A stretch of DNA of 63,911 nucleotides, the filler included, from a bacterium (lineage in GTDB: Bacteria; JALSQH01), in NCBI GenBank assembly GCA_026985515.1. It is 6 parts of 6 records of this genome, joined end to end, with 100 filler letters (N's around TTAATTAATTAA, not from the genome) between each part and the next. Parts side by side here need not be neighbours in the genome. Positions count along the whole stretch, not along the records: positions 59,213 to 63,911 come from JALSQH010000047.1; 5 more parts are not named here. One strand, given 5' to 3'. The notes beneath the pieces were generated by a model. It had not been told where the DNA came from and searched no databases. It saw nothing but the letters and a program-made list of their open reading frames with translations. Numbering within the stretch: position 1 is the stretch's first letter; every line of letters begins with the position of its first letter. Made by a program: the position numbers and the translations under genes. This document shows positions 59,686 to 63,911 of the stretch, piece by piece.

Positions 59686-59899
59686 CTGATGAGAATATTG
59701 AGATAAATGGGGTGATTAACTGCGTATTGATAAATTATCGGGATCTGCTGGATGATATTGAGGGGCAGGGTTTTTTTGAGATAGAAAATTCCTGCTCAGT
59801 GGCTTTTTCTTTTTTGACAGGATAGCTCAAGGGTGCGAGGGGTAGATATTATTTGGTGTAAGTTTGTAGCTCTGTTAGATGGGTAAGTAAAGTTTTTCT

Positions 59900-59928
59900 T
59901 TGACATTTTCGCCCTTTTCCCTTAAATT
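59900..59928 (+). promoter_or_regulatory. sigma70 promoter TTGACA-17-TAAATT
   Basis: Near-consensus hexamers upstream of the ORF at 59962. Confidence 0.6.
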
Positions 59929-59961
59929 TAATGTTAAGGAAAGATTGAACAAGGAGTTTCT

Positions 59962-60279
59962 GTGGCTAAGAAGAAACAACCAGAAAAAGAGAGTGGAGAA
60001 AACCTGACTGATCTTTTGAAAAAACTTGCTTTCGGAGGAATTGGTGCAGTCTCCGTGACTCAGGAGGCGGTTACAAGATTGGTTAACTCCATTACTCAAC
60101 AGATAGACAAAAATAAGGAAGAGATAATTTCCGCCCTTGCCAATCAGTTTGGAGCAGTTCTAAGAGAAGTTGATATTACTAAACTTATGAAAAAGTTGAT
60201 AAACGGGTTAACGATAAAGGTGAGTGCAGAAGTAACTTTAACCTACAGGAAGGAAAAAGATGAGGAAAAACAAAAATAG
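59962..60279 (+). CDS. Phasin-like (PhaF/PhaI N-terminal-like) small protein
   Basis: LKKLAFGGIGAVSVTQE pattern resembles granule-associated phasins; AGGAG RBS with GTG start. Confidence 0.55.
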   Translation: MAKKKQPEKESGENLTDLLKKLAFGGIGAVSVTQEAVTRLVNSITQQIDKNKEEIISALANQFGAVLREVDITKLMKKLINGLTIKVSAEVTLTYRKEKDEEKQK

Positions 60280-60366
60280 TGGTGCAGGAGGAGGGACTCG
60301 AACCCTCACGGAGTTGCCCCCACAGGATCCTGAATCCTGCGCGTCTACCAGTTCCGCCACTCCTGC
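60280..60366 (-). tRNA. tRNA-Leu (CAG)
   Basis: GCAGGAGTGGCGGAACTGGTAGACGC, anticodon arm CAGGA TTCAGGA TCCTG, long variable arm, CCA end. Confidence 0.95.
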
Positions 60367-60420
60367 ATCCAGATTCATATTATATAAAACTTCTCATTTA
60401 AGTCAAAAATGGAGGTGAAA

Positions 60421-60783
60421 TTGAAGGACCTTATTTTTATTATCTTTTTGACACTACTTACAATTTTTCTCCTCGGGTTTGCTCATCCAGTTACTGAATC
60501 GTCCTCTCTTGGAGACCCTGAACTTGGTCAGGAGATATATGATTCAAACGGATGCGGGGCATGCCACAGAATAAATGGCCTTGGAGGAACCATAGGTCCT
60601 GATCTGACAGAGGTATGGAAAAAGGGGGATGAGTATATAAGGGAGTCCATCTTTGAACCTCGAAAAGTGGTTGTAAAGGGATATAAACCTGTTATGCCCT
60701 CTTTTAAAAAGGTACTCACAGAGAGCGATGTTGATAATATCATTGCCTATCTCAAATCTCTTAAAAAGAAAGGGAAAAAGTAG
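60421..60783 (+). CDS. Monoheme c-type cytochrome
   Basis: Signal/TM segment, CGACH, GPDL, YIRESI..P...V.GY..VMP (axial Met). Confidence 0.9.
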   Translation: MKDLIFIIFLTLLTIFLLGFAHPVTESSSLGDPELGQEIYDSNGCGACHRINGLGGTIGPDLTEVWKKGDEYIRESIFEPRKVVVKGYKPVMPSFKKVLTESDVDNIIAYLKSLKKKGKK

Positions 60784-60820
60784 ATTTAACTGATTTCTCT
60801 TTCTCGGGTATAATATATCC

Positions 60821-62038
60821 ATGTTTGAGCTTTTTGGTGATGGTGAGAGGAAAATATACACAGTTACAGAGCTGACAAGGGAGATAAGGTTTCTTCTGGA
60901 GAGGAACTTCTTTTATGTTTCCGTGCTTGGCGAAATTTCAAATCTGCGAATAAGGGGAGGTCATCTCTATTTTTCATTGAAGGATGAAGAATCACTCATA
61001 AAAGTTGTGATGTTTGGTTACAGAGGGAAGATTCCACCGGGAACAGAGCTCAAGGAGGGTCTCAAGGTTGTCTGTACGGGCAGATTGACTGTTTATGACA
61101 GGAGGGGTGAGTACCAGATTATTGCAGGTAAAGTGGAGATTGCCGGGATGGGGGATCTCTACCTGGAAATTGAAAAATTGAAGAAAAAACTGGAGGCTGA
61201 AGGCCTTTTCAGGAGTGAATTGAAAAAAGATTTGCCCCTTTTCCCCTGGAGAATCGGAATAGTTACATCTCCTTCCGGTGCAGCAATCAGGGACATGTTG
61301 AGGATTCTTCATGAAAAGGGTCTGGGTGGAGAAATTTTCATATATCCTTCAAAAGTTCAGGGTGATCTTGCCCATCTTGAACTGATTGAGGGAGTGAGGT
61401 TTTTCAATACGAGGCTCCCTGTCGATGTTATAATAATTGGAAGGGGTGGTGGTTCTGTGGAGGATCTAATGCCTTTTAACGATGAGAATCTTGCAAGGGA
61501 GATTGTGAGGTCCCGGATCCCGGTAATTTCTGCTGTGGGTCACGAAATAGACTTTACCATTTCCGATTTTGTCGCTGACCTGAGAGCACCAACTCCCACT
61601 GCAGCAGGAGAAATTATAGCAAAGATGCAGATGGATTTTCTGCTGAGATTTATTGACCTTATTGAGAGAATGGAAAGAAAGATTAATGAGGTTCTGACGG
61701 ATAATGTAAAAAGGTTTCAACTCCTCTTTACCAGATTGATGAGTTACACAAACAGAATAAACATGAAAATGCAGTACATTGATCAGCTTGAAATAAGACT
61801 TGAAAATGCAATGAACAGGTATCTTGATGATAGAAGGAGGGAACTTGCCCACCTTGCCTCTTCTCTAAACAATTTGAGTCCCCTGAAAGTGCTTGAGAGG
61901 GGTTACTCAATTGCGATGAGAAAGAGGGATGGTTTTGTTATTTCAAGTATAAGAGATGTGACGAAAGGAGAATCTGTTTCTCTCAAATTGAAGGATGGAG
62001 AGGTGGATTGTGAAGTTAAGGAAATTCGCTCTAATTAG
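60821..62038 (+). CDS. xseA: Exodeoxyribonuclease VII large subunit
   Basis: GEISN, GHLYFSLKD, TSPSGAAIRD, GRGGGSVEDL, SAVGHE.D, TPTAA, L.RGYS. Confidence 0.96.
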   Translation: MFELFGDGERKIYTVTELTREIRFLLERNFFYVSVLGEISNLRIRGGHLYFSLKDEESLIKVVMFGYRGKIPPGTELKEGLKVVCTGRLTVYDRRGEYQIIAGKVEIAGMGDLYLEIEKLKKKLEAEGLFRSELKKDLPLFPWRIGIVTSPSGAAIRDMLRILHEKGLGGEIFIYPSKVQGDLAHLELIEGVRFFNTRLPVDVIIIGRGGGSVEDLMPFNDENLAREIVRSRIPVISAVGHEIDFTISDFVADLRAPTPTAAGEIIAKMQMDFLLRFIDLIERMERKINEVLTDNVKRFQLLFTRLMSYTNRINMKMQYIDQLEIRLENAMNRYLDDRRRELAHLASSLNNLSPLKVLERGYSIAMRKRDGFVISSIRDVTKGESVSLKLKDGEVDCEVKEIRSN

Positions 62039-62870
62039 TCTGTTAACATTGATCTCTTTACCGCTTAATGCTTTTAATCTTTCTATTTATCCCTCTTCAC
62101 CAGTTGAAGGTGATCCTGTTTTGCTCTCTGTTTCGGGAGTTAAAACCTGTCCAGAGGGAGAGATATTTGGTAAGAAACTTAGATTCAGAAAGTATAAAGA
62201 CAGATGGATTGCCATTTTTGGGATAGATCTTATGAGAAAACCGGGTATTTATAACCTTGCTTTGATTGTAAAAGAAAAGGGTAAATTAAAGAAAAAAATT
62301 GTGAAATTACCTGTTGGGAAAAGGATTTTTGCTCTCCAGAAATTGACTCTCAGCAAGAGATACGATGAATTGAGTAAATCTGACCTGGAGAGGATTGAGA
62401 GAGAAAATAGAGAAATCAGGGCGTTGTGGTCTCTAAATACCCCGGTGAAGTGGCATGGCAAATTTATTCATCCTCTTGGAAGGAAATTTGAAGGGATCCA
62501 TGGTCACCGCTTTGGTGCCAGAAGAATAATAAATGGGATACCCAGAAAACCTCACTCAGGCGCAGATTACCCCGCCCCTGAAGGTACCCCCGTTTATGCT
62601 CCAAATGATGGAGTGGTTGTATTAACTGGTAACCATTTCTTTGCTGGAAACAGTATCTACATTGATCATGGTGGTGGTTTAATAAGCATGTATTTTCATC
62701 TGTCAAAGATTCTCGTTCATAAAGGAGAGCATGTGAGGAAGGGACAAAAAATAGGTGAGGTGGGTGCCACCGGCAGAGTGACGGGACCCCATCTTCACTT
62801 TGGAGTTTACTGGCTTGGAAACAGGATAGATCCAGATAAACTGCTTTCTCTTCCCGTTCCTGGTGAATGA
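62010..62870 (+). CDS. M23 family metallopeptidase
   Basis: HSGAD (HxxxD), GN...IDHG.G..S.Y.HLS, TGPHLHF. Confidence 0.92.
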   Translation: MKLRKFALISLLTLISLPLNAFNLSIYPSSPVEGDPVLLSVSGVKTCPEGEIFGKKLRFRKYKDRWIAIFGIDLMRKPGIYNLALIVKEKGKLKKKIVKLPVGKRIFALQKLTLSKRYDELSKSDLERIERENREIRALWSLNTPVKWHGKFIHPLGRKFEGIHGHRFGARRIINGIPRKPHSGADYPAPEGTPVYAPNDGVVVLTGNHFFAGNSIYIDHGGGLISMYFHLSKILVHKGEHVRKGQKIGEVGATGRVTGPHLHFGVYWLGNRIDPDKLLSLPVPGE

Positions 62871-63911
62871 AAATGGGTACAGTTAAGACAACCCCCATGC
62901 TTGAACAGTACTGGCGCATCAAGAAACAGTACCCTGATGCCATACTTTTTTTTCGCATGGGAGATTTCTATGAGATGTTTTTCGATGATGCCAGACTTGT
63001 TTCCAGGGAACTGGGATTAACATTGACTTCCAGAAGCAAACAGGAAAATATCCCCCTCTGTGGAGTACCCTATCACTCGGTGGATCTCTATGCTGGAAAA
63101 TTACTCAAAAAGGGATACAAAATTGCAATATGTGAACAGGTTGAGGACCCAAGAACTGCAAAGGGGATTGTGAAGAGGGAGGTTGTACGGGTCCTTACCC
63201 CGGGAGTTAATCTTGAAGATGAGGAGATCCTCGGGAGGGAGGAGAATTACCTTGTGGCAGTTGCGCCTCTTAAAAGAGGTTTTTCTTTCGCTCTCCTTGA
63301 ATTCTCCACCGGTGATTTTGAGGTCACCTTTCTGGATACTTCTGAAAAACTCCAGGAGGAGATAGGGAGGATTTCACCTGCGGAAATTATTTATCCTGTT
63401 TCATTTGAAGACCAATTAAAAGCTCTTGTGAGAGATCTTGAGGTCTCACCATTCTATTCCCCTCTTAAAGATTATTACTTCTCTTCCGAAAATGTGGAAG
63501 AGATAAAGGATTTCTACGGTGTAATAACTCTGGAATCTTTCGGGATTGATGACCCTGATCTAATTCCTGCTGTGGCGGGAATACTCAGATATGTTAAGGA
63601 AACTCAGAAGGGTGTTGTCAGGCATCTCAAACCTCCAAGACATTATCAGAGAAACAGGTACCTCTACATTGATGAGTCCACGAAGAAAAATCTTGAACTT
63701 TTCAGAAACTTGAGAGATGGGGGTGAGGAGTATACCCTCTTTTCCGTAATGAACAAAACTGTAACGCCAATGGGAAGAAGACTTCTTGCCAGGTGGCTCA
63801 ACTTTCCACTGATGGATGTTAAGGAAATTAAGAAAAGACATCTGCTGATAAGAGGATTTCTTGACGACCCCATTTTGAGAGAAGAATTGAGGGAGAAACT
63901 GAATGGAGTTT
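62867..63911 (+). CDS. mutS: DNA mismatch repair protein MutS (partial, runs off the window)
   Basis: TPMLEQY..IK..YPDAILFFRMGDFYEMF, CGVPYH, AICEQ.ED, VKREV.R..TPG, NLEL, T.TPMG.R.L..W. Confidence 0.95.
   Translation, partial: MKMGTVKTTPMLEQYWRIKKQYPDAILFFRMGDFYEMFFDDARLVSRELGLTLTSRSKQENIPLCGVPYHSVDLYAGKLLKKGYKIAICEQVEDPRTAKGIVKREVVRVLTPGVNLEDEEILGREENYLVAVAPLKRGFSFALLEFSTGDFEVTFLDTSEKLQEEIGRISPAEIIYPVSFEDQLKALVRDLEVSPFYSPLKDYYFSSENVEEIKDFYGVITLESFGIDDPDLIPAVAGILRYVKETQKGVVRHLKPPRHYQRNRYLYIDESTKKNLELFRNLRDGGEEYTLFSVMNKTVTPMGRRLLARWLNFPLMDVKEIKKRHLLIRGFLDDPILREELREKLNGV

Noticed and set aside
615-63873. Many short alternative-frame and antisense ORFs in the supplied track
   Set aside because: They overlap well-supported genes, lack RBS or motifs, and show the F/S/L/I bias expected from the reverse of purine-rich coding strands

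Overview
Bacterial draft-genome window made of six contig pieces joined by artificial 100-nt N/TTAATTAATTAA linkers (18018, 36099, 44393, 54269, 59113). The sequence is AT-rich and the proteins are E/K-rich, as in thermophiles. A MYXO-CTERM protein, a DUF2378-like protein and the gene order point to a Deltaproteobacteria-like (Myxococcota/Desulfobacterota-related) organism (inference). Most of the window is housekeeping: hemW, rnj, tlyA-dxs-ispA, lipA-alaC-hom-apgM-glpX, gmk-yicC, folD-gcvTHP, xseA, mutS and three tRNAs. Accessory or unusual parts: (1) a baeRF10/rhomboid/ClpP-like protease/HPF-sigma-fusion operon; (2) an MjaI-type restriction-modification pair with an SNase-like domain fused to the MTase; (3) a decayed MNT-HEPN/NYN toxin-antitoxin patch; (4) a phasin/SDR/ParA/acyltransferase operon converging on a PfkB-CBS-USP-PolX-ArsA-PhaR operon; (5) three copies of an IS left end, each exactly 5 bp upstream of an outward-facing sigma70 -35 box with a matching -10 box; (6) two CRP/FNR boxes in identical class II geometry and two candidate small RNAs. 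No CRISPR array or rRNA was seen.
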